A stretch of DNA of 64,000 bases from Eledone cirrhosa (Eukaryota), in assembly GCA_964016885.1 (NCBI GenBank), contig OZ024750.1:22010001-22074000 (forward strand). The letters run 5' to 3'. The notes below the pieces were generated by a model that did no database searches, had not been told where the DNA came from, and saw only the letters and a list, made by a program, of their open reading frames with translations. Position 1 is the stretch's first letter, and every line of letters begins with the position of its first letter. Below are positions 1-40,125 of this stretch, piece after piece. The translations under genes were made by a program, and so were the position numbers.

Positions 1-347
1 ACATCTGCAACCCTGATGGTATCCAATGATGTTGACTTGTTCTTCTTTTTGGTAAATATCATCTTGGTTAAGAGAGTGGGACTGGCTTTGTGCAGTGCCT
101 TTGCTCACTATAAAAGCTTCACGGCACAGGCATTGCTTTATATCTGGAGATCTCTCTGCACTTGTCGTCACATGGTACCAAGGGCCCAGCACTAAGTGTC
201 AATAATTGTCACAAGTGTAGTGTTTGTACCAGAGTTTTCAGGTCGCTGGCTGGACTAAAAAGTCACACTCGTTCAGCATCGGTAGGAGTTCTCCTACATG
301 GATATAAAGTAGTGGCCGTACTCGAAAACGAGTTGGCAGCCACCATG
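1..347 (+). mobile_element. 3' end of an RTE-type LINE or derived non-autonomous element, with C2H2 zinc-finger remnant
   Basis: Encodes CSVCTRVFRSLAGLKSHTR. It is a near-identical reverse complement of 19813-20160 and ends at CA/TA microsatellite. Confidence 0.7.
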
Positions 348-438
348 TAACGCACACACACATATATACACACTTGTAATGTCTTCTGCAGAATATGGCA
401 TGTGTTTGTGTATATTATATATATATTTATATATATAG

Positions 439-731
<293 letters not shown>

Positions 732-909
732 TAAAAAGTGAAAGGAAACCAACACAGAAAATGATACAGTACAATGAAGGTATATATTATTTTAGGGTTT
801 GATATAGTAGGAAAAGAGTCTTTTTTTTATTTCTGAAAACCTTTCCACTTCTTAAAACCACTGACTAAAACTTATAAAATAATAATGGAAAGCATACACT
901 TATACTTAC

Positions 910-999
910 ATTGTCAACCATTTCAATAAAAGACTCCGGATCCCTTTCTATACTCCGTTTGTCCGCAGATATAATTACATTCCAATCAACTCGAGACAT
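910..999 (-). CDS. 5' coding exon of a gene running off the left edge (MSRVDWNVIISADKRSIERDPESFIEMVDN), weakly CEP290-like
   Basis: Minus strand shows a ttccag acceptor 9 nt upstream of the ATG at 999 and a perfect GTAAGT phase-0 donor at 909-904. The peptide recalls the CEP290 N-terminus (INWKEIMKVDP), from memory only. Confidence 0.5.
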
Positions 1000-1111
1000 T
1001 TTGGGTTTCTGGAAGTTAACATGAAAATGTAAGAAAGAGTCAATATAAAAAATCTTGAGTCTGTGAGAAAGAAACCGCAAGAGAAAACAGGGTCCTTTTT
1101 ATTCATAAGAG

Positions 1112-1500
1112 CAGTGGATTGGCAACACCAAAAGAACGTCGGGCAACGTGCTTTGCGGCATATAGCTACAACTTTTTACAGTCTGAGTTCAAATCTCTCC
1201 GTGTTAGCTTTGTCTTTCGTCCTTACGGAGTCGATAAAATAAAGAACCGGTAACACACTGGGGTCGATTTAATCGACTTGCCACTTCCCTTCAAAACTTC
1301 TGGCCTTGTGCCAAATGTAGAAATAATTATCCCTAAAGGTAGGACAGTAGATTTCCAGAGTCGTTCAGCGTCGGACCTGACTTTGCCTTTCATTCTTCCG
1401 AGGTAATTAAATTAAGTACCAGTGAAGCGCTGGGGTTGATATAGTCAACTTTCGCATTCCTCCAGAAATTGTTGGCCTCTGCCTAATTTAGAAATCATTA
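1112..1500 (+). mobile_element. two degenerate tRNA-derived SINE copies (Meta-domain-like family)
   Basis: B-box gagttcaaatc, core gtcgataaaataaagaaccgg and tail ggccttgtgccaaatgtagaaa, all shared with 56556-56950. Confidence 0.65.
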
Positions 1501-2269
1501 TTCATAAGGCTGGCTGACTAAGTTGAAGTTTGTGGACCCTGCAGGGACTAGAGGCTGGTCAATTTCGTTTGCTTTGATGGAGTGAAAGATTGGTATACTG
1601 AAAGTGGGCGAGAGGCGTTAAATTCTTTTGCTGTATTGTAGTAAAAGATTGGAGTGCCAAATGGGCCTGAAATACCCGACAGCCTAAAGGGCCGCACATG
1701 GGTTAATACGGCCTTGATAAAAGAGTAAGGATTTTTAATTGAATTTGTTTAACGAGAGAAAGTAGCTCCGAGAAATTGAACTTTACCGGAAAAGGGGGGT
1801 GGCTGAGATAAGGAACTTTATAATTGAAAGGGGTTTATGGATAAGAGACTTTGAAATTGGGAGGGGCTTAGAAATAAGAGACTTTACAAGACAAATTGGA
1901 TCCGAGGTAAGGAACATTACATGAGAAAGGGGCTTGGGAAGATTGGGTTTTATGAGACAAAGGGTTGTAGGAAATTTCTCTCGGAATGTAGGCTAAGACA
2001 TTGGATAGGGCGAGAAGTGGGACCGAAAATCTAGTCCAGGATTACTAAAAAGTTCAAATTAGAACTTTATAAAACGAACTCTAGCCAGAAAGAATCAATA
2101 TCCTATCAATAGAGGCCCGATAACTTACCCTTTACCCATGAGGTACACTTAAATACCCTCTTTCACTCAATCACAACACCCTAAATGCCATGGCCAAGTT
2201 AAGGATCACTGCATAGATAACCGAATGGAATAAATTACTGAAATAACGTAATTGGTCAATAATTTATAT

Positions 2270-2450
2270 TTTTCAACGTGTGACATTCGAGTTATTCGTG
2301 AGAGGGGGGCGGCTGACAACTAAATTTCTATCATCGTTAGCAGCTCGAGTTACAGAAAAATCAAGTGCTGCCCGTGGTGGTGCTTGGCTGTTTCAACGCC
2401 CCAGTCTCACTATTACTTACGATAATATCATGGGTGCTTTAGGTTGCCTC
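2270..2450 (+). mobile_element. CRE-clade non-LTR retrotransposon 3' fragment
   Basis: Translation KFLSSLAARVT..AWLFQRPSLTITYDN matches the CRE C-terminal QRLSxAxxRGNA motif. Confidence 0.55.
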
Positions 2451-3502
2451 GAACTCTTTGAGAAGGAAATAACAGCATTCTGTTACAGTGTGGGGGTGTC
2501 CATAGTCGGTGGATTGGCGAAACTGTTAAAGTGTTGGACAGGGTGCTTTGCGGAATTTGATCCGATTCTGTGGAGTCTGAGTTCAAACCCCACTAACTGT
2601 TACCAGAAATGCGGTGACACGTCGGCCAAGAGTTGCAGATATTAACAATGAAAAGACCAATAGAAACATTGTTTCTTTGGACTGATTTGAGGATCAGCTC
2701 CTTTCCTTTCCATTACTGTTATTGTCCGTTTACTTTGTAGATTGTATGTCTGTGTTTTAGATAGATATGTATTAAATAGTTATGGTTTCGTTTTTTCTTT
2801 TAGGGGGGTGATTTGTTTTCTATTGTTTTTTTGTGGGGGGGGGGGGGTCTCAAAACTATAAAGATCATACTTACCGAAATATTTCCCAAATCTAATTAAA
2901 TCCAATTTTTTTCAAATATACAGACATTTTCAGAAAATTATAACAATATACAAGACCTCACTGGTACATTTTTTTCTTTTTTTATTATTATTTCACATTT
3001 TTTGAAAATCTTCTGACAATTTTACATTCTACCGAAAATTTTATTTCATCTTTCCCCTCAATCTTGCTGATTTTATTACATAGGTCTTTTAAATACTCAC
3101 TACGCTGGACATGAATTTGAAAAACACTCATGAAGAGAAAAAGATTATTTTTCTACGAAAATAGCCAAAGTTTCTGGCTGCAAGCCATTGTAGTTTCAAC
3201 GATGCTTGAATAGGTTTATATTTTTTTTCTTTTTTTTTCATCAGAAAGATATCGTCCAAAAAAAAAGAAAACGAAAACAAAACACAAAGTTTTGTCATGT
3301 ATGTAAATGAGAACTGACGTCACAAATGTTGTGTCATTTTTTTAAAAGAATATATATATTTTTGTCAGTCTAAATATGAATTAGCTTTTAAAGGATTACC
3401 TTTTCTTTAAACCCATCAACCAATGACCTCCACCCATCCCAATCCCCACCCTCTCCTACCACCAGAAAAGATATAAATACCACCATATTTACTTGGACAG
3501 TC

Positions 3503-3553
3503 AGCTTCCTGATGATTTCTCACGAATGAAACAGTTCTAGTCCTGTAGAAGCT
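3503..3553 (+). ncRNA. type I hammerhead ribozyme motif (Penelope-associated)
   Basis: Stem I AGCTTC/GAAGCT, core CTGATGA, short stem II TTC-TCAC-GAA, GAAA, stem III ACAG/CTGT, GUA cleavage triplet (A3547). The 10.1/11.1 pair is a non-canonical U-U. Confidence 0.65.
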
Positions 3554-3719
3554 TTTCTATATTAAACATTTATACTCTGCTATGTATTGAGTACCTTACT
3601 GTGGTTACCCCCGATTGAACCCGGAAAAACTTATATATATATATATTTATATTGTTGGGTTATCATCAACCATAATAATACGTCATGTGTGTTTGTATAT
3701 TTATACATATCTCTGTCAG

Positions 3720-4274
3720 TGACGGTGTCTCCATTGTACTCCGAGTGGGAGCCGACATCTTTGGGGTCTGAGATGTCGATGTGGTAGGTCCCTCGACCAC
3801 ACAGATCTGCATGGTTTGTCCTGCCGCCTGAACGCTGGTCGTTTCACCCGCCACGCCGAGTTAAACCTGATCATCAAACAGGCCCTGGCTCGGGTAAATT
3901 TCCCCTCAGTTCTGTAGCCGGCTGGTTTATCCAGAAGTAATAGGAAGAGACAAGACGGCCTTACCCTTTGTCCCTGAGTAAGAGGTAGGTGTCTCATCTG
4001 GGGCACCACAATCAGTGTCTCTATTGCTCCCTCCCACACCATGGACGCCGCAGTAAATGTAGGGGGTCACTTCGGAAATACCTGGATTTATCCAGTAATT
4101 ATTTTTTTCCAGCCTGTGGCGTTCGAGACGTTTGATGGAGTTCAGCCGCTGACAGCGAAGTTCTTGTCATCGTTGGCGGTTCGCCTTACTGAGAGTGCCT
4201 GGTTGTTTCAGCATCTTAGCCTCACCATCACCCGTGGCAATGCTGCGAGCATGTTGGCTTGCCTCAGTGTTTAG
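3720..4274 (+). mobile_element. CRE-clade non-LTR retrotransposon fragment (CCHC knuckle plus restriction-like endonuclease), decayed
   Basis: Translation gives CRCG..HGLSCRLNAGRFTRHAELNLIIKQAL..PAGLSRSNRKRQDGLTLCP*..LIW, then FQPVAFETF..WLFQHLSLTITRGNAASML, with in-frame stops. Confidence 0.75.
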
Positions 4275-4805
4275 TTAACCCCTATGATGTGATGTGTGGC
4301 CGATTGTCACACTTGGTAGTTAAGTGCTACCCCACCCCCTTTGTTTTTTTTTATATCTCTTTTTGCGTTTATATATTTATATATTATATGTGCCTGTGTT
4401 TTTGTTCTGTAAGCATTATATTATTAAGGTTAACTTTGCCTTTTATCCTTACGGGGGTCGATAAAATAAAGTACCAGTAATGCACTGGGTAATTGCTGAC
4501 CTTGTGCCAAAAGTAGAAACAATTATTTACTCAAAGTAATCCAACTTATTTTACTAATGGGATAAAAAAAATTATAAACCGTACGCAGTCCCGCATTCCT
4601 TACTTTATTATAGTTTAGATTACTTTCTTGTCCGTATTTCTTATCTCCAATTTCTTTATAAGTATATACACGCATAAATTTTCCCGGAATATTATGCTTG
4701 CATTTTATAAATGCGTTTGTATGTATGTACGTATTATTATTTTATGTGTGTGTATATATATATTGTGTGTGTGTGTATGTATGTGTATACATGTGTGTGT
4801 GTATG

Positions 4806-4867
<62 letters not shown>

Positions 4868-4878
4868 GTGTGTGTGTG

Positions 4879-4915
<37 letters not shown>

Positions 4916-5125
4916 ACATATGCGTATATGTGTGTATATGCGTGTGTATATGTGTGTATATGCGTGTGTGTGTGTGTGCATATATATATACATAAAAATA
5001 AACTTGTAACCAATTCTGGAAACTGAAGACTAAATTTTTAGTTCAAAGGGATGCAACTCGTGTCTTATAATTATGAAGATTGAGTTTATTGGCATTGAGT
5101 GTTCAAACAAAACACACCAATACAT

Positions 5126-5161
<36 letters not shown>

Positions 5162-5162
5162 T

Positions 5163-5375
5163 ATAACGAAGGAAATGTGGTAAGGAACCAGGTGGACCAT
5201 AACGCACCAAAGTACTCAATACTTAGGGTAGTAGAGTGGGTAATAGGAACGAGTAGGACCCCGACGGCTGAGCTCAAGCCGTTTCGACAGCTAATTCTGG
5301 ACTAAAATGATTTTAGTCCAGAATTAGCTGTCGAAACGGCTTGAGCTCAGCCGTCGGGGTCCTACTCGTTCCTAT
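5163..5375 (-). mobile_element. Penelope-like pseudo-LTR fragment with perfect 66-bp inverted repeat
   Basis: Arms 5243-5308 and 5310-5375 are exact reverse complements. The rest matches 535-620 in reverse, and the element is flanked by (TA)n. Confidence 0.65.
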
Positions 5376-5874
5376 ATATATATATATATATATACATACA
5401 TACATATATATATAGTGTGTGTAAATTATAAAAGACAGTATGAAGGTAAACAGAGAATGACCCTGGAACTTGCATGTTCAAAATAAAATTTACTACCCCT
5501 AATACAGATTGAAACTGTAAACTGTTGGTTTAGGTTCAATTCGATAGTTTGTTTGTTTTAAATATGCCTCAGGACCGGTAACGGTAATTAAAACTTTTTT
5601 TTAAATCATATACAAAATATTATTTTACGGCAGACTAGAAAATGTATATAAACAATCTACTATTGTTGGCAGAAATAGACAACCGAATCTATAATTGTAA
5701 AAAGAAATTTCAACCACCTCTTTCAAAGAATTGAACACTAGTATCTGCAAGCATGTGTATGTATGTGTATTGAATGATAGACTTTTTAGTGGTTTCTTTT
5801 CGTTGAAATATGACGACAGAACACACATTCCACGTTGTGTATATGAAAAGGGGAGATAATTATTAAAAGCAAAT

Positions 5875-33182
<27,308 letters not shown>

Positions 33183-34769
33183 CTGTGTATTAAACCAACA
33201 GTGACTTTTTTTTTTATGGTGGAATTAGTTGTATGTGCGTGATTCAGACATCTTGTCATCGTTACTACCATCATCATCATCAATAAAGGAGATTGTGCTC
33301 TCATGCAACTAGTTCAGAACTTTTTAACATCAAATTATTCAAATGAAACCTACTTATATCTCTGCACCTGTGAAGGCTTCAATAAACACCGACATTGTTA
33401 TCTAAACAAATATTCCTTTGATTTTTATGATTTTATTTTTATCATCTTATTTTTATCATCATTTTCCATGGTTGCAGGGGTTGGATGGGTTGTCACAGTC
33501 CAAGATTTTCCCATTTCTGGGTTTCAAAATCTCAGATACGCTTTGACAAAGTTTTATTTGATTTTCTAGCTTCAGTGCTAATGATGTATTTGTGTAGACA
33601 ATATCTCTGATCTATATAAACTTTGACTCATAACCTTTTGTAGAACCTTCGAAATAGGTAGAAGGAAGAAAGGAAGATATTCTCAGACCAGAGGCATGGT
33701 CTGAATGTTAATAACTGAATCAACTCTGTTACCCAAGGGCCAAGAGGTGATGTTGAACTGGGTGACTGATTAAGGTTACCACCCAAGAGCAAGTACAGTC
33801 TATCCGATGGACTTCTACACAGTTTTCATCTACCCAATTCCACCTAGAAAGCTTGGGTTGAACTGAAACTATGGTAAAAGCCACTTGCCTAAAGTGCCAT
33901 GCAGTGAGATTGAACCTGAAGTGAATTTCTAAACCCCAAGTCTATCAGGCAAAAGCAACATGCATCACATCTTTTAAACTGAATATCGATCAGAGACTTT
34001 ATGGACATCAACTTGTTCTCAGTTGGTTTTTCCATCTTAATAATCTCTCTGGAATATATATATATCAAAATTATCAAATAATACTCGTGAAGGTGCTTAG
34101 CTATCCCTGCACTTTAGTCATGCTATCACCCACGACAATGCCATGAGAGTCTTGGCTTCTCTCAAATATTTTAGGAGAAAAACACCTGCATTTCCTATTC
34201 TAGCGTGTGGTTAACTGTACACAACGTCCCTTGTTTTTTTACCCTTTCTGTTTCTATTCTAGTTGATTTGTTCCATTTACAAATCACAAGTCTCATATAA
34301 TTCCATTAAATGCAATATGATAGAATGGTTAGGAAGTTCACATTGCTATCATACCGTCTTGGGTTCGATTCCATTGCGTGACATCTGGGGTAAGTGTCCT
34401 TTATCATTACCCCGGGCCAATTTAAGTATTGTGAGTGGAATTGGGTTGACAGAAACTGTTTGGAAGTCGGTCAGACACCTGTAATTTAAAGGGCCAACCT
34501 CTTCAGATACTCTACCAAAGAATTACGTTAAAAGTACACGTCTCTAGAATGGTCGACTACTTACATGTTAATATCACAAGATGGTTGCTCTGTTGATCGA
34601 ATAATTGGAACACTTGAGGTTGAACACTTTCCATAATTTAATTAGAATTATTATTGTGTATTAACTTTTGTAAATAGAAAAAGAAAAAAAAATTAGATTG
34701 AGAAGAAAGAATGGAATGTAAAATAAGAAAATATAAAAAAAAAAAGAAAAGGCAAGGGCTCTAGTGTCA

Positions 34770-34975
34770 TAGAAGGAGGGGGAGGGTGATTGGGCTCTGA
34801 GCCTGGCACGCAGTGATAATGAAGCTGCGGACAGGACCGCAAAAGGTATTCCCGTGGACAATGGTGAGTGACACCCGCTGCAACAGCCACCCCACCTCGT
34901 GGGGCTCCTTCCTCAGATAGGCCGCCGACGTTCCAATCTCTCGAAGGAACTCGGCTGTACAGGGTCCACATACGC
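34770..34975 (-). mobile_element. CRE-clade 3' fragment
   Basis: SGVCGPCTAEFLREIG..EVGWLLQRVSLTIVHGNTFC. Confidence 0.6.
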
Positions 34976-35148
34976 CTGATATAGTTTTAATTATATTTAT
35001 CTGGACTATAAAAACCGAGAGGCAGCGAATTGGCAGTCGTTGTGGCATCTCAGACAAGTGTCTTTTACTTTAGCTCTGTGACAGAAACTAGTTGGATCGA
35101 CTCTACTTGTAATTCAATGGTCCAACTTTGCCACATATTCTGTTAGAG

Positions 35149-35731
35149 CAGGGGTCGGCAACTTATGGCCCGCGAAGGGATTTTGACCAGCCCGTCAGAA
35201 CTGATGCCCAATGAGTTTATTTAAAATCTAAATTTATTGTAATACCAGAGACGAGACTTTCGAATACAATAAAAGGCCTGCTGTTACATTCTTCCACAAA
35301 TCTTCTGATTCACTCAACCTAATGCTCACCACACCACCACTGATTCACTCTACCTAATGCCCACCACACCACCACTGATTCACTCTACCTAATGTCCACC
35401 ACACCACCACTGATTCACTCTACCTAATCTCCACCACACCACCACTGATTCACTCCACCTAATGTCCACCACACCACCACTGATTCACTCCACCTAATGT
35501 CCACCACCAACCGGATATGAACGCTTTGACTGCAAAAACACAATTAAAAATTCGTCGCATTACTACATTCATCTGTAGTTAATACAAATTATTTTTAACT
35601 CGTCAACACTCATGATTAAATTTTAGCTTGTGTAATTTTCCATAATTATTCTTTTATGGCCTTTGTCCCGCCCGCTATCCGTCATTAATACTCGATCCGG
35701 CTCGTGGAGGCAAAGAAGTTACCGGCCCCTA
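35149..35731. mobile_element. hAT-family MITE with 8-bp TSD and internal 35-bp minisatellite
   Basis: TIRs caggggtcggcaactt / aagttaccggccccta. TSD TGTTAGAG at 35141-35148 and 35732-35739. About 6 copies of ctgattcactctacctaatgtccaccacaccacca at 35305-35510. Confidence 0.85.
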
Positions 35732-36016
35732 TGTTAGAGGATTGCGTTAATGATGCACACGTCTATGGAATACTCAGCCACTGGCATGCTAATTCAATGT
35801 GAATGTTAGAGGATTGCGTTAATGATGCACACGTCTATGGAATACTCAGCCACTGGCATGCTAATTCAATGTGAATGTTAGAGGATTGCGTTAATGATGC
35901 ACACGTCTATGGAATACTCAGCCACTGGCATGCTAATTCAATGAGAATGTTAGAGGATTGCGTTAATGATGCACACGTCTATGGAATACTCAGCCACTGG
36001 CATGCTAATTCAATGA
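35732..36016. repeat. 72-bp tandem repeat, 4 copies
   Basis: Near-identical units start tgttagaggattgcg at 35732, 35804, 35876 and 35948. Confidence 0.9.
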
Positions 36017-36269
36017 GCAGGAAGTTCAGCTGATCGAATAACTGAATAATCATCATCGAAACTGACGGGGATCCATATATTTATTGTTATTTATAAAGTA
36101 GTTAATTTTTTATAAAAATATCAATGTTTAATGAAACTTTGAAGAAATTAGAACTTGTGGCATTAATGCATCTCTGGTGTGCTGGTTTGTTAGAATCGGT
36201 AGAGCATTGAAGAATATACCTGCTGTATTTAATTAGAGCTCTAAATAAAACTCTTGTCAAGTATTAAAG

Positions 36270-36539
36270 CAGATATGGGCAACCTTTTTCGAGAAGCGGG
36301 CCGCATGAGATATGGTTCATCATCAGGCGGGCCGCAAGTGCTAATTTATATTCGTGCCCACATTTAAAAAAAGTTGTTTTTTTTATTTGTTTCTTCAGAC
36401 TTCGTACACGTTGTTTTCCTCGATCGTAAAATGATAGAAAGATAAATTACGACTGAAATGTTGAGGTAAAAAAATAAGAAAGATTTCACTTAGGCGAGCC
36501 ATTCAGAAAGGTTTGCGGGCCGCAGGTTGCCCATCACTG
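36270..36539. mobile_element. hAT-family MITE with 8-bp TSD
   Basis: TIRs cagatatgggcaacc / ggttgcccatcactg, with TSD TATTAAAG on both sides. Confidence 0.85.
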
Positions 36540-37733
36540 TATTAAAGTCAACTTATTATTCCTTACAATGTACCTAAGATGTGAGTGAAATGATAGTAGA
36601 AGTACCCTTTATATGAAATAATTGTTTCTACTTTTGGCACAAGGCCAGCAATTACCCAGTACATTACTGGTACTTTATTTTATCGACCTCTGTGTGGATG
36701 AAAGGCAAAGTTAACCTCGACGGGCACAGAAATGTTTATGGTTAAACAATTCGCTTCGCAACCAGAAGATTCTGGGTTCAGTCACACTACGTGGTACCTT
36801 GGACAAGTGTCTTCTTCGATAATCTCGGATTATCCAATGTCTTGTGAGTCGAATTTGGTAGATGGAAACTGCAGAAGCCCATCATATATTTACATTTTTT
36901 GTCTGTGTTTACGACTCGTAATCTAGCGGTTCGACAAAAATAGATCGATGAAATATGTACCAGACATGGAAAAATAAGAATTGGGATCGATATGGTCGGC
37001 GAAATCAAGGCGGTGTTCCAGCATGACCACAGTCTAATGCTTGAAACTACTAAAGGGGTAAAAGAATGTGTTACGCTTTGTCATTTTTAAGTCGGTGTTT
37101 GGAACATAGTTTAAGAAAGGTTCTTATACAAAATTATGAGGGAAGGTTTTTAGATAAATATATAAACATTATCCTTTTCGTTACCATAGTTCTAATTGTT
37201 TTGAAAGTAAACAAAAATTTGAAGGGATTTAGTAATATAACTAACTTTCTCATTAAGCTAAGTTTACATTTTCTTACATAAAATTATGGTGGAAGGTATT
37301 TAGATAAATATAAACAGTTTTGTACAGTAGAAACAGGTTTTTAGGTAAATATAAGCATTTAAAAACAAACGATTTTATATTCTACAGAGTGGTTTCAGGT
37401 GAATTTTTTTTTTTAAAGTTAACATTTTCGAAGAACACAGGAAATATTTACTGTTACATGATGACTGTTCCAAATAACAGCAGAACTAATACAAGAACTG
37501 CTGGTTTAAACAGTTGTCGGCAAACGAGGCTGTTTGGTTCGTGAAAGGCGAAGGCAGCAGCTAAGGAATCCCCTCCCCTTTTCGTTTGCTCTGTCTGAAA
37601 ACACGTTAAGCTCGCTGGAGGAACAAATTTCGGCAAGGTTTTGGCTGCTGTCGTTGAATTTAGAGCAACTTGTCAACCTCCCTGAGTAAACTGAAAGAAA
37701 AGGGGAGAAGAAAAAAAAAATAAAGAAAAAATC

Positions 37734-38244
37734 ATGAAGGCAAGTTTTACCAGTGTTTGGGCATTGTTTTTGCTCCTATGTTTGTTGTCAACATCAAAGG
37801 CAGCTCCCGTGGAGGCGGATGCAGCGGAAGATAAACCAGAGGAACCGCAACCTGTCGTCATTCCCCAACCTGAATCCGATCTCAAACCCGAGCCAAAACC
37901 CGAGCCCAAACCTGAGCCCAAACCCGAGCCGACAGTAGACCCTGAAACTCTCCCAATCTCTGTAAGATCAGGTTCAGCTAGTCTTGACTGGTTGCCCGAA
38001 TCTGATCGAAGGATTGTGGACCTTAACTGGTATGTGGATCATCTCATAAGGAAGAACAATGCTTTGCGACTTAAATTTAAAAAGTTCGAAGATATCGTCA
38101 AAAGTCTTGTGGAAGAAGAAGAAAAGCTATCCAAAGAAATGGAACAATGGAATATGGGACTGTATTTTCCCGGAATGTCACATGTCCATGAAACTATAGG
38201 TATCAAAGGCAACATTTTAAACAAAGTCGGAGCAAAAGTTAAAG
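37734..38244 (+). CDS. secreted-protein first exon V1 (signal peptide, KPEP repeats, coiled coil); putative alternative N-terminus of the fibrinogen-related gene
   Basis: Signal peptide MKASFTSVWALFLLLCLLSTSKA-AP, then (KPEP)4 and a heptad segment VDHLIRKNNALRLKFKKFEDIVKSLVEEEEKLSKEM. Strong donor AAG|GTGAGT after 170 codons plus 1 nt. Confidence 0.8.
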
Positions 38245-39110
38245 GTGAGTTTCACGATTTTAATCATATATAATTATTACATATCTCACAAAACTTCTTA
38301 ATTATAATAATTAATTACCCTTTTAATGACTTTGACAATGCCCCATGGTTACATCCCCCCTTCTCTCTCTTTCTCTCTCTCTTTCACTCTCTCTCACTCT
38401 CTCTCTAAGATCATTAGATCTCGAACAGCAAATCTTATGATAATAACAATATAAAATTTAATTAGCATAAAATTTTACTTGTGTGATAGGGTCCGGGAAA
38501 GGCACCATAAGCAATTTATGCTCCTTTAAAAATCAACAAATGTTGGTTTGTCCCCTCATTATTAAGGCAAACGAGGTCCCTGTATATATATATGTGTGTG
38601 TGTGTGTGTACATTCATTCACATATGGGATGCTACTAGTTAAATATCTGGTAACGGAAACTTCAATGAAAGTAGAGTCTAAATATTATCCCTTGCATCTA
38701 AGCCCGATGGTCAAGCTTAAACTGTTTCCTTGGTGGAATATTCGACCATTGAACTGGTTTAAACTTTCACAATCATGAAGTCCTGTGTTCGATTCCTCTG
38801 CCTGGCATTTTAGGCAAGAGAATTTACCTTAGCCTCGGACCAACCCAAGCCTTCTGAGTGAAATTTATTAGACGGAAACTGCCTGGATAAATTGTACCTG
38901 TATTTCAATAGCTTTGTTATGTATTGTATCAGGCTAATTCGGCTTTGGGAATTACTTTTAAGGGTACACGTGTCTGTGGAATATCCAACCACTTAAACGT
39001 TCAATATATATATGATTGTACCCTGAGCTGATTGATATCTTATCAAAACAATTGTAATATGCAAATAAAGTTTGTACATATGCTGCAACATTGACCTCGA
39101 CTCTTTTAAG

Positions 39111-39143
<33 letters not shown>

Positions 39144-39144
39144 A

Positions 39145-39473
<329 letters not shown>

Positions 39474-39637
39474 ATATGTATATATACATATATATATACA
39501 CACACACACATATATATATATATATACATATATATATACACACACATATATATATATACATATATATATACACACACATATATATATATACATATATATA
39601 TACACACACATATATATATATACATATATATATACAC

Positions 39638-39688
<51 letters not shown>

Positions 39689-39962
39689 TACCTGATTAAA
39701 GTTTAAGCTAAGAATCGCTGCTTTCACCCTTAACGGGATCTTCTGAAACTATTTTAATAAATATTTGCTCTAGGGTTCTTATATCGAGCCCTCTTTGGAT
39801 TTTAGTCTTCACATTTATTATTATTCTTATTATTATAAATATATATATATATATATATACGATCAGAAACTGTTGAGTGCTTTATATCAGTTATAAAATA
39901 TTTACTCGTTGTAACCCAACAATTTTAAATAAAACTTTTGCATATATATATATATATATATA

Positions 39963-40125
39963 TTATTTCTACATTAGGCACAAGGCCAGCAATTACCCAG
40001 TGTATTACTGGTACTTTATTTTATCGACCCCGTAAGGATGAAAGGCAAAGTTAACCTCGGCGAGATTTGAACTCAGAATGGCAAGGGCCGTAACTCTATG
40101 CGTCAAAGCATGACGTCCGACCCTC
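39963..40125 (-). mobile_element. tRNA-derived SINE (Meta-domain-like)
   Basis: Near-identical reverse complement of 56556-56747. Confidence 0.75.

Noticed and set aside
35305-36016. Regular repeats (also 9991-10512 and 60763-61500) as CRISPR-like arrays
   Set aside because: Head-to-tail units with no unique spacers, no cas genes, and a eukaryotic context.
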